A DNA stretch of 34,357 bases from a virus (Duplodnaviria > Caudoviricetes). A program made the translations under genes and the position numbers. Shown here piece after piece: positions 9,155 to 16,984 of this stretch. Numbering within the stretch: the stretch's first letter is position 1; every line of letters begins with the position of its first letter. The DNA is taken from IMG/VR virus record IMGVR_UViG_3300015370_001122, positions 1 through 34,357 of that record; one strand, 5' to 3'. The notes under the pieces were generated by a model. It was given only the letters and a program-made list of their open reading frames with translations, was not told the origin of the DNA and did no database searches.

Positions 9155-9569
9155 GACCGAAGAAACGCAGGGCTGGCCTGCATCGCTTGTCCAGGTGAAG
9201 GGAAGCATCGGGCTTGCGGCGACGCTTCGTCTCGTCGAAGCTTTCGGCGGCACCGCCTGCTACATCCCTGCAACCCCCGACCCGTCTAACAGGCTGACGC
9301 AGGTTATCGGCATCGAAGCGACCGAGAAGCTCATCCGCGATCTCGGCGCCGGTTCCTTCGACGTGCCGAACCTCGCATCGGTCAGGCACAAGCGCCGCCT
9401 CATCATGCGCGCCAAGGGCACGGCGCGGGAAGTCGCCCGCAAGTTCTCGGTGACGGAGCGCTGGGTGCGCATGGTCCGCGCCAATCAGCGCGGCGGCATT
9501 GACGAACGGCAGATTGATATGTTCGGCTCGCCGCGCAACACGGATCACACCGGAAGCGCTTCCGACTAG
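9147..9569 (+). CDS. mor: Mor/C-family late transcription activator
   Basis: IGLAATLRLVEAFGGTACYIP dimerisation motif plus C-terminal HTH (AREVARKFSVTERWVR); between gemA and lysis genes. Confidence 0.8.
   Translation: MSETEETQGWPASLVQVKGSIGLAATLRLVEAFGGTACYIPATPDPSNRLTQVIGIEATEKLIRDLGAGSFDVPNLASVRHKRRLIMRAKGTAREVARKFSVTERWVRMVRANQRGGIDERQIDMFGSPRNTDHTGSASD
9549..9569 (+). promoter_or_regulatory. Late-promoter activator dyad, copy 1 (lysis operon)
   Basis: ACCGGAAGCGCTTCCGACTAG; 19/21 identical to 16559-16579. Confidence 0.7.
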
Positions 9570-9601
9570 GTAGCGGTGCGTTCGGCGGCTTTCATGCCGT
9601 C

Positions 9602-10084
9602 ATGAACATTCGGCATCTTCGCGATCACGTCATTCAGCCGACGTTGCTCTATCTGGGCGACGAGCTTCCCGGCTTTGCGCGCGATGGCGCGGTGGAATTG
9701 CTTCTCGGCACCATCGCCCAGGAGAGCAACTTCCGCCACCTCGTTCAGCTCAAAGGCCCCGCGCGCGGGCTTTACCAGGTGGAGCCCGCCACCTATCGCG
9801 ACATTCGGGAAAACTTCCTCCGCTACAAGCCTTCGGCTGAACTCGCGGTCTTCTCGCTCGTGGCCCGCTGGCCCGATCCCGAACGCCAGCTCGTGACGAA
9901 CCTCGCTTTCGCCACCGCGATTGCGCGGCTCGTCTACTACCGCTCTCCCGCCGCCATTCCCGCGCCCGGCGATATCGCCGGGCAGGCCCGCGTCTGGAAG
10001 CGCGTTTACAACACGCCGCTCGGCAAGGGCACCGAAGCGGAGTTCATCGCCAACTTCAATCGTTTCGTCTCGCCCAACCTCTAG
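9602..10084 (+). CDS. Endolysin, probable lysozyme-like fold
   Basis: LLLGTIAQES...GPARGLYQVEPAT...ARLVY...WKRVYNT..GKG; first late gene. Confidence 0.75.
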   Translation: MNIRHLRDHVIQPTLLYLGDELPGFARDGAVELLLGTIAQESNFRHLVQLKGPARGLYQVEPATYRDIRENFLRYKPSAELAVFSLVARWPDPERQLVTNLAFATAIARLVYYRSPAAIPAPGDIAGQARVWKRVYNTPLGKGTEAEFIANFNRFVSPNL

Positions 10085-10092
10085 GAGGCTTC

Positions 10093-10569
10093 ATGCCGCG
10101 TTTCAAATCTTTTGCGTCCGTTCTGTTCCTCGCCGTCTCGCTCGTCTTCGCGAGCGCGGTCGCCTTCGCTCTCCCGGCCCTTGCGGCCGACGAGGCTTCC
10201 TACACCATCGACCTCGCACCGGTCGCGCTTCTCGTCGTCGCTGCTATCGCGGCGGCAATCGGCCTCGCGACACGCACCGGCATTCATGCGCTCATCGACT
10301 ATCTGGCCGAACGCGCGGGCCTCGAACTGGACGAGAAGACGAGAACCTATCTCGATGCGGCGCTCGACAATGCGCTTGCCTGGGGAACCCGGAACCTGAC
10401 CGACTACGCGGCGGGCAAGATTCCGGATATCGAGACGAAGAACAAGGTTCTCGCCGACGCGGCGAACTATCTCGCCGAACGCGTTCCCGATGCGCTCGAT
10501 CATTTCGACCTGATGCCCGACGACATCGAAAAGATGCTCGAAGCGCGGCTCCTGAAGAAATCCGCCTGA
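10093..10569 (+). CDS. Membrane protein, holin candidate
   Basis: GGAGG RBS; two hydrophobic segments then a soluble tail; between endolysin and spanins. Confidence 0.55.
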   Translation: MPRFKSFASVLFLAVSLVFASAVAFALPALAADEASYTIDLAPVALLVVAAIAAAIGLATRTGIHALIDYLAERAGLELDEKTRTYLDAALDNALAWGTRNLTDYAAGKIPDIETKNKVLADAANYLAERVPDALDHFDLMPDDIEKMLEARLLKKSA

Positions 10570-10778
10570 TGTGGGCGAAGCTCGCTTCCTCGCTCATCGC
10601 CTTCTTGGCCCGGCTTCTCGCCGGGCCAATTGCCGCGCGTGCGGCGGGCAAGAGCGAAGAGGCAGCACGCCAGTCGGCCGAGCAACGGAAAACTCTCGAT
10701 GAACAAGCGGATATTGCTGCTCGGCCTCACGCTTCTCGCGATGAGCTTCTTGAGCGCATGCGTAACGGCGGTCTCTGA
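10569..10778 (+). CDS. Putative i-spanin (Rz-like)
   Basis: N-terminal hydrophobic helix (MWAKLASSLIAFLARLLAGP) then a charged helical tail. Confidence 0.6.
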   Translation: MWAKLASSLIAFLARLLAGPIAARAAGKSEEAARQSAEQRKTLDEQADIAARPHASRDELLERMRNGGL

Positions 10779-10935
10779 CGCGCCGGCGGCGGCGCAAGCC
10801 TGTCCCGCCTGGCCGAAGGCGGGGCCGCAGGTTGCGGGCGAGCTGGAGCGCCTTGGCGAAGACGATTTCCCGGCCTTCTGGGAATGGATGGCCCGTCTCG
10901 ACAAGCTCCGCGATCAACTGGAGACAACGCGGTGA
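10699..10935 (+). CDS. Putative o-spanin lipoprotein (Rz1-like)
   Basis: MNKRILLLGLTLLAMSFLSA-C lipobox; Pro-rich CPAWP; overlaps the i-spanin in the +1 frame. Confidence 0.7.
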   Translation: MNKRILLLGLTLLAMSFLSACVTAVSDAPAAAQACPAWPKAGPQVAGELERLGEDDFPAFWEWMARLDKLRDQLETTR

Positions 10936-11168
10936 GCGACGATTTCGACCGGGCATCCGCGCGCGAGACCGAAGAGCGCGATGCAATCATCGCCTCGCGG
11001 AAGCGCTTCCCGCTGCCGGCGATGGCCGCCCCTTGCGAAACTGTCCACTGCACCGATTGCGGCGATGAGATTCCTGCCGCCCGTCTTGTCGCCGTGCCCG
11101 CCGCCAGGCGCTGCACGTTTTGCGAGGAAGCGGCGGAGAGGCAAGGAAAGATGCGGGGTAAGGGGTGA
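10932..11168 (+). CDS. TraR/DksA C4 zinc-finger protein
   Basis: GTG start with GGAG RBS; SDDFDRAS..E N-terminus; CTDCGDEIPAARLVAVPAARRCTFC. Confidence 0.9.
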   Translation: MSDDFDRASARETEERDAIIASRKRFPLPAMAAPCETVHCTDCGDEIPAARLVAVPAARRCTFCEEAAERQGKMRGKG

Positions 11169-11494
11169 GCGCGCTTCTCGAATATTGGCCGGTCGTCGGC
11201 TTTGTCATCAACCTCCTAATCGCGTGGTTCTTTTGGTCCATGAGAAAGCAATTCGCATCGAAGGATGAGTTGGCGGAAATCGAACGCCGTCTCGACAAGA
11301 CGGAAAGCACGCTCAACCAGCTACCGACACGCCGCGACCTGACAGAGCTTCACGTCGCGATGGCGGGCATCGCAGGCGGGGTAAAGGAAACCAATGCCGA
11401 ACTTCGCGGTCTCGGCAGGCTCGTCGAGCGAGTGGAAAATGCGGTGACGCGGCACGAGGAAATCTTCGCCAACGCCGCGAGAGGGCAGAAATGA
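11165..11494 (+). CDS. DUF2730-like membrane-anchored coiled-coil protein (Mu gp25-like)
   Basis: N-terminal TM helix; RL...E..L..LPT..DL.EL motif; synteny. Confidence 0.75.
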   Translation: MSALLEYWPVVGFVINLLIAWFFWSMRKQFASKDELAEIERRLDKTESTLNQLPTRRDLTELHVAMAGIAGGVKETNAELRGLGRLVERVENAVTRHEEIFANAARGQK

Positions 11495-11832
11495 TGGAAG
11501 ACGCCGCCCAGGCATGGACACAGCACCTCCGCATCGCGGTCTTGCGCTCGCTTCTCGACCTGCCGGAACAGACCGGCCATGAGAGCCTTCTTGTCGATCT
11601 CGTGAACGGTGTCGCGATCATGGCCGATCGCGACCAGGTGCGCGGGGCGATCTCCTGGCTGCACGAGCAAAACCTCGTCGTCGCGGAAGTGAAGCGAGGC
11701 GCACTCTGCGCAATGCTGACCGAGCGCGGCGTGCTCGTCGCCGAAGGCAAGCGGAGCTATCCCGGCGTCAAGAAGCCATCCCGCGCCCTCTCGGCAGCCG
11801 CCGCCCTCGCCCTCGATCAACTGAAGGGCTGA
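11491..11832 (+). CDS. Mu gp26-like winged-helix protein
   Basis: LRIAVLRSL...RDQVRGAISWLHEQNLV...LTERG..VAEG....PGV.KP. Confidence 0.75.
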   Translation: MMEDAAQAWTQHLRIAVLRSLLDLPEQTGHESLLVDLVNGVAIMADRDQVRGAISWLHEQNLVVAEVKRGALCAMLTERGVLVAEGKRSYPGVKKPSRALSAAAALALDQLKG

Positions 11833-11835
11833 GGC

Positions 11836-12336
11836 ATGGCGCATCCGCCCGAACTCCGCGCGAAAGTCAGAGCTTCCTATGTGCATGACCGGCTGCCGCT
11901 CGAAACGGCAGCCGAAAAGCATGGCATCGGCTATGCGACCGCGCGGCGATGGAAGTCGGAAGCGGAGAATGACGGTGACGATTGGGAACGCGCCCGCTCG
12001 GCCGCGCGCCTCTCGGGCGACGGCATCCGCAATGTCGCGCAGCTCATGCTCGAAGACTATCTGACGCTTCACCAGGCGACGGTGGACGCGGTGAAGAGCG
12101 CCGACAATATCGGCCCGCTCGCCAAGGCGGAAGTTCTCTCGCGGCTCGCGGATGCATTCACGAAGACGATGTCGGCCGTCGGCAAGGCATCGCCGGAGCT
12201 TTCGCGCCTCGCCGTTGCAACCGACGTGCTCCAGCGTTTCGCGGGATATGTCGGCGACGAACGGCCCGATCTTGTCGGCTCTCTTCTCGAAGTCATCGAG
12301 CCCTTCGCGGCCGAGCTGGCGAAGGAATACGGCTGA
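11836..12336 (+). CDS. DUF1804 family protein, probable terminase small subunit
   Basis: MAHPPELR.KVR..YV....LE.AA...GI...TARRWK......GDDWERAR; directly upstream of TerL. Confidence 0.8.
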   Translation: MAHPPELRAKVRASYVHDRLPLETAAEKHGIGYATARRWKSEAENDGDDWERARSAARLSGDGIRNVAQLMLEDYLTLHQATVDAVKSADNIGPLAKAEVLSRLADAFTKTMSAVGKASPELSRLAVATDVLQRFAGYVGDERPDLVGSLLEVIEPFAAELAKEYG

Positions 12337-14021
12337 TGGCACAGCGCGGGCTTCGCTGGCAAAGCCAGAAGGTCACAAGGAAGGAATTCCGCGATCTCAT
12401 CGCCGGTGTCGCGACCGAGCTGCGCCAGAAGATCGAGGCGGAAGTAACCGGGCTCGACGACAGCCCCGCCGCCATCGCCGAACGCCGGGCGAAAGCGCTG
12501 GCGGCGGACGGCTATGAGTTCTTCGCCCGGACCTACTTCCCGCACTACATCAAATCGGAAAGCTCATCCTCGCTTCACAAATATCTCTTCAAGCGGCTTC
12601 CAGAAATCGTCGCGGACCCGCGCGGGCAGAACGACGCGATTGCCGCACCGCGCGGCGAGGCGAAGTCGACGCATTGCTCCCAGCTCTTTCCGATATGGTG
12701 CATCGCACGCAACCTGAAATTCTATATCCTGCTTCTCATGGACGCCTTCGACCAAGCGGCGTCGATGCTGGAAGCGATCAAGGTGGAACTGGAGGCGAAC
12801 CCGCGACTGAAGCTCGACTTCCCCGAAATCTGCGGACAGGGCCGCGTCTGGAAGGAAGGCGTCGCGATCACGCATTCCGGCGTCAAGCTCCAGGCGTTCG
12901 GCAACGGCAAGCGGCTTCGCGGCATGCGCCACGGCCCGCACCGACCTGACCTCGTTGTCCTGGACGATATCGAGAACGACGAGAATGTGCGCCGGCCGGA
13001 ACAGCGCGACAAGACGGAAGATTGGGTGGACAAGGCGGTCGCCAACGTCGGCGCCGCCGATGGCTCGCTCGATCAGCTCTATATCGGCACCATCCTGCAC
13101 TATGACAGCGTGCTCGCGCGCAAGCTCCGCAATCCGATGTGGAAGTCGATCAAGCTCTCCAGCGTTCGCCGCTGGCCGGATCGCATGGACCTCTGGGAGC
13201 GCTGGGAGGAAATTCTCCGCAATGACGGCCGCGACGTGGCGGAGGCGTTCTACCAGGCACGCCGCGAAGAGATGGAGGAAGGCGCGGAAGTGAGCTGGCC
13301 GGAAGTCCGGCCGCTCCACTCGCTCATGGAGCTGCGCGTTCGCATCGGCGTTGCCGCCTTCGATGCCGAGCAACAGAACGATCCAATTTCGAGCGAGGAT
13401 GCGCTTTTCGGCAACGTCACTTTCTGGGTCGAGCGGCTGTCCAATTGGATATTCTTCGGCGCCTGCGATCCGTCGCTCGGCAAGCAGAACAAGGGCCGCG
13501 ATCCGTCCGCCGTCCTGATTGGCGGCATGAACCGCGAAACCGGCGTCCTCGATGTCGTGGAGGCGAGCATCCGGCGGCGACTGCCGTCGCGCATCATCTC
13601 CGACATCATCGCCTTTCAGGAAGAGTACCGCTGTCTGAAGTGGGCGATCGAGGCCGTGCAGTTTCAGGAGTTCTTCCGCACCCAGCTCGTCGCGGAGTCC
13701 GCGAAGCTCCGCGTGCCCGTTCCGGCCGTGCCCGTCATCCCGCAGACCGACAAGGCGTTGCGCATCGAGTGCATTCAGCCGCATGTCGGCAACGCGCTCA
13801 TCCGCCTGCATCCGCGCCAGCAAGTCTTGATCGATCAGATGCGTCATTACCCGATGGTCGATCATGACGACGGGCTCGATGCACTCGAAATGCTTTGGGC
13901 GATAGCGATTGGCGGCAAGCCCTCGGCCGGCACGACGGTTGAAGACAAGAATACCCGATCCAGTGAACGGCGCGGCATGTTCGGCCGCAACGGCGGACGC
14001 CGCATGTTTGAGAGGCGATGA
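12336..14021 (+). CDS. terL: Terminase large subunit
   Basis: APRGEAKST Walker A, LRG.RHGP.RPDLVVLDDIEND, IGTILH; nuclease motifs DPSLG and HDDGLDALEM. Confidence 0.93.
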   Translation: MAQRGLRWQSQKVTRKEFRDLIAGVATELRQKIEAEVTGLDDSPAAIAERRAKALAADGYEFFARTYFPHYIKSESSSSLHKYLFKRLPEIVADPRGQNDAIAAPRGEAKSTHCSQLFPIWCIARNLKFYILLLMDAFDQAASMLEAIKVELEANPRLKLDFPEICGQGRVWKEGVAITHSGVKLQAFGNGKRLRGMRHGPHRPDLVVLDDIENDENVRRPEQRDKTEDWVDKAVANVGAADGSLDQLYIGTILHYDSVLARKLRNPMWKSIKLSSVRRWPDRMDLWERWEEILRNDGRDVAEAFYQARREEMEEGAEVSWPEVRPLHSLMELRVRIGVAAFDAEQQNDPISSEDALFGNVTFWVERLSNWIFFGACDPSLGKQNKGRDPSAVLIGGMNRETGVLDVVEASIRRRLPSRIISDIIAFQEEYRCLKWAIEAVQFQEFFRTQLVAESAKLRVPVPAVPVIPQTDKALRIECIQPHVGNALIRLHPRQQVLIDQMRHYPMVDHDDGLDALEMLWAIAIGGKPSAGTTVEDKNTRSSERRGMFGRNGGRRMFERR

Positions 14022-15466
14022 TGGCAATAGGCGATTTCTTCAAGGGGCTCTTCGCCAAAACACGAGTGAAGGAAGCGGCCGGCGTTTCGGCCGAGGAAGA
14101 CGGTTGGCGGCGCGTCGGCGCGGACAAGGGCCGCGACCTCTCACCAATGACGCAGGCGCGAATGCAGAAGCTCGCCGCCCATCTCTGGGAAAGCAACGGC
14201 ATCGCCAACCGGCTCATCGAGTTGAAGACGGCGTTTCTTGTGGGCGAAGGCGTCACACTTCAGGTCGACGATCCGGAAGCGCAAGCATGGCTCGACAAGT
14301 TCTGGATGGACCCCATCAACCGGATGGACCTGAACCTTGAGAAGCATGTGCGCGAACTGGGGCTTTTCGGCGAACAGCTCTGGCCCGTCTTCGTGAATGA
14401 GCTTACCGGGCATGTTCGCCTGGGCAAGATCGACCCGTCGCAAATCGAAAGCGTAATCTGCGATCCGGACAATGCCGCCGTCCCTATCGGCGTCCGCGTC
14501 ACGCGGCCGGGTGGGAAGAAGAAGCTCTTCCGGGTGATCTACAATGGCGACGACTACGATCTCTTCGGCATCGGCGCGTGCAAGATGCGCGAGGCGATGA
14601 CCGATGGCGAGTGCTTCTTCTGGCGCGTCAACGATCTCTCGAACGGACGGCGCGGCCGGAGCGACATTCTTTCGGCGCTCGACATGGCGGATGCCTATGA
14701 GGAGCTTGTCTTCGGCGAGATCGACGGCGCGGTGCAGAAGCGAAGCGTCGTCTGGGATGTGACGCTCAAGAACGCCACACCCGAAGAGGTAGAGGAACGT
14801 GCGAAGACGATCGAGCCGCCCGGTCCGAACTCTGTGCGCGTCCACAACGATGCGGAAGAGTGGGAGGTGCTGACGCCGGACCTCAAGGCGGCGGACGCCG
14901 ACGGCATCGCCCGCATCGCGCGCAACCACATCCTTTCCGGATCGACCGTTCCGGAGCACTGGTTCGGCGGCGGCGGCGATGTGAACCTCGCTACGGCGTC
15001 GAGCATGGGCGAACCGACCTACAAGGTCTTCTCGCAGCGCCAGCGCTTCCTGAAGGCTATTCTGGAAGAGGTCGCCAAATACGTCATTCGCCAGCGGCTT
15101 GCGGCGCTCGGTCTTATCGGTATGGAGAATGACGACGCCTTGCAGCCGGCCGCCGTCTTCCCCGAACTCACCGCAAAGGACATCGCCAGATATGCGACGG
15201 CGCTCCAGCAGGTTGTCGTGTCGGTGACGCAGGCGATCGCGGGCGGCGTCATGTCGGAAGACACGGGCGTCCGGCTCATCGCACTCACGGCTTCGCTTCT
15301 CGGCCTTGAAATCGACCCGGTGGAAGAGCTGAAGGCCGCCCAGGCGGAAGCCGCGAAGCGCCGAGAGCGCGACGCCTTCTCGCTCCCTTCCCTCCCGCCG
15401 ATGGAACCGCTTCCCGTCCAGCCTCAGCCCAGCCAGGACGAGCCGCGGGTAAAGGGCGATGAATGA
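14018..15466 (+). CDS. Portal protein
   Basis: 482 aa between TerL and gpF; RGRSD, PEHWFG...N.ATA..M..PT motifs. Confidence 0.8.
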   Translation: MMAIGDFFKGLFAKTRVKEAAGVSAEEDGWRRVGADKGRDLSPMTQARMQKLAAHLWESNGIANRLIELKTAFLVGEGVTLQVDDPEAQAWLDKFWMDPINRMDLNLEKHVRELGLFGEQLWPVFVNELTGHVRLGKIDPSQIESVICDPDNAAVPIGVRVTRPGGKKKLFRVIYNGDDYDLFGIGACKMREAMTDGECFFWRVNDLSNGRRGRSDILSALDMADAYEELVFGEIDGAVQKRSVVWDVTLKNATPEEVEERAKTIEPPGPNSVRVHNDAEEWEVLTPDLKAADADGIARIARNHILSGSTVPEHWFGGGGDVNLATASSMGEPTYKVFSQRQRFLKAILEEVAKYVIRQRLAALGLIGMENDDALQPAAVFPELTAKDIARYATALQQVVVSVTQAIAGGVMSEDTGVRLIALTASLLGLEIDPVEELKAAQAEAAKRRERDAFSLPSLPPMEPLPVQPQPSQDEPRVKGDE

Positions 15467-16352
15467 CCGCGAACGCGCGAAGCGCTTTGCGGCGGAGCGC
15501 GAGCGGCGGTTGCGCGAAGGCATCCGTCTCACGGCCGATACCGGCAAGGAAGTCCGGGCGCAGCTCGTCAAGGCGCAAAAGGACATTGCCGAAATCCTCT
15601 CCGGCGCGCCCACAGACTACCGGCGCTGGCAGCTCGTCCAGCTTCAGCAATCGGTAGCCCGCGCGCTCGCGGAGCTGGAGGCAGGGGCCAACGCCGCACT
15701 GCAATCGGGCCTCTCATCGACCTGGACGGCGGGCGTTGCGGTTATCGATGGGCCGCTCGCCTCGGCCGCTGTCGACATATCGGCCGATCTCTTCGCGATC
15801 GACAACCGACGCCTACTCGCCATGCGCCGCTTCACGACGGATCGCATCAAGGACGTGACGGTGAAGCTCGCGAACAGCATCAACAGCGAGCTGGCGCAAG
15901 CGGCAATCGGAACGCAGACGCCTTTCGAGGCCGCACAGAAGATCGCCGGAAAGCTTCAGACGGGCGGGCTCGACCGGGCAGCGACGATCACGCGCCATCA
16001 GCTCGGCACCGCGTTCTCCACCGCCGCCCAGGAGCGGCAGGAACAGGCGGCAGCGATCCTGCCGGGTCTCAGGAAGCAATGGCGGCGCTCCGGCAAGACC
16101 CATAGCCGCATCGAGCACGACCTGATCGACGGCCAGGTGAGAGAGGTCGACAAGCCCTTCGATCTCCCCGACGGAACGAAGCTCATGCACCCGCGCGATC
16201 CGGCCGGTCCGGCGAAGCACACCATCAACTGCGGATGCAGCTCGATACCCTTCATGGAGAGCTGGGATGTCATGCGGCCGGGCCGCCAGGACTTCACGCC
16301 GGAGGAGATCGCCGCCAACCGGCAAAAGCGGATGATCGCGAACGCCCTCTGA
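15459..16352 (+). CDS. Minor head protein (Mu gpF / SPP1 gp7 family)
   Basis: KQW...R..H...DGQ......PF...L.HP.DP......INCGC. Confidence 0.88.
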   Translation: MNDRERAKRFAAERERRLREGIRLTADTGKEVRAQLVKAQKDIAEILSGAPTDYRRWQLVQLQQSVARALAELEAGANAALQSGLSSTWTAGVAVIDGPLASAAVDISADLFAIDNRRLLAMRRFTTDRIKDVTVKLANSINSELAQAAIGTQTPFEAAQKIAGKLQTGGLDRAATITRHQLGTAFSTAAQERQEQAAAILPGLRKQWRRSGKTHSRIEHDLIDGQVREVDKPFDLPDGTKLMHPRDPAGPAKHTINCGCSSIPFMESWDVMRPGRQDFTPEEIAANRQKRMIANAL

Positions 16353-16558
16353 TTTGCCTCAGGATCGCCGGAACGCCCTTACCCCTCCCCGACTACCCAA
16401 AAACCGCAAACGCCTCTCCAGCGCGATTAACACCCCGATTAACAACCGCGCTGTTTGCGTTCGCTCGGGTGCGCCGCCCGCAGGCGGGGTCCGAAGAGGG
16501 GTTTGGGGGGGAATTTTCCGCTTTCGCGGCCAGCCTGGCGGACGGCGCAAGCCGTCTG

Positions 16559-16579
16559 ACCGGAAGGGCTTCCGGCTAG
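16559..16579 (+). promoter_or_regulatory. Late-promoter activator dyad, copy 2 (head/tail operon)
   Basis: ACCGGAAGGGCTTCCGGCTAG in the position equivalent to Mu PI. Confidence 0.7.
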
Positions 16580-16633
16580 AGGCGGCGCGCTCACGTCGCG
16601 ATGGTGCAGCACCAATCACGACGGAGCAAGAGC

Positions 16634-16984
16634 GTGTCTCAGAAAACTGCGAACGGCGGTGACGCCGCCCAAGATACCGCCGCCCTCACGGCCCGCATCG
16701 CGGAGCTGGAAGCGGAGAACAAGGCCGCCGCCGAAAAGCTCGCGGCGTCCGAAGAGCAGGTTGCCGCTCTCGGCAAGCAACTCGGCGCGGTGCAGGCCGC
16801 GTCCCAGGAGAAGGCCCTTGCCGACCTTCCCGAGCGCAAGCCTTCCCGCGAGTTCACGAAGGATGAGCTTGCCCTGGCGAAGAAGCTCGCCGTTCTGGCC
16901 GGCTACATCCATGCGGTGAACCTCAAGACCGGCACCATCGCAACGGTGGACGGCCGCAAGCTTCGCGCAGGCGGTGCCGAATGA
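16634..16984 (+). CDS. Coiled-coil hypothetical protein preceding the capsid gene
   Basis: GGAG RBS before GTG 16634 (ORF open from 16601); heptad-rich; ATGA overlap with the next gene. Confidence 0.7.
   Translation: MSQKTANGGDAAQDTAALTARIAELEAENKAAAEKLAASEEQVAALGKQLGAVQAASQEKALADLPERKPSREFTKDELALAKKLAVLAGYIHAVNLKTGTIATVDGRKLRAGGAE

Noticed and set aside
16427-16443. TTAA...TTAAC resembling a full CtrA box
   Set aside because: The spacer is 8 nt, not the canonical 7; kept only as a direct repeat
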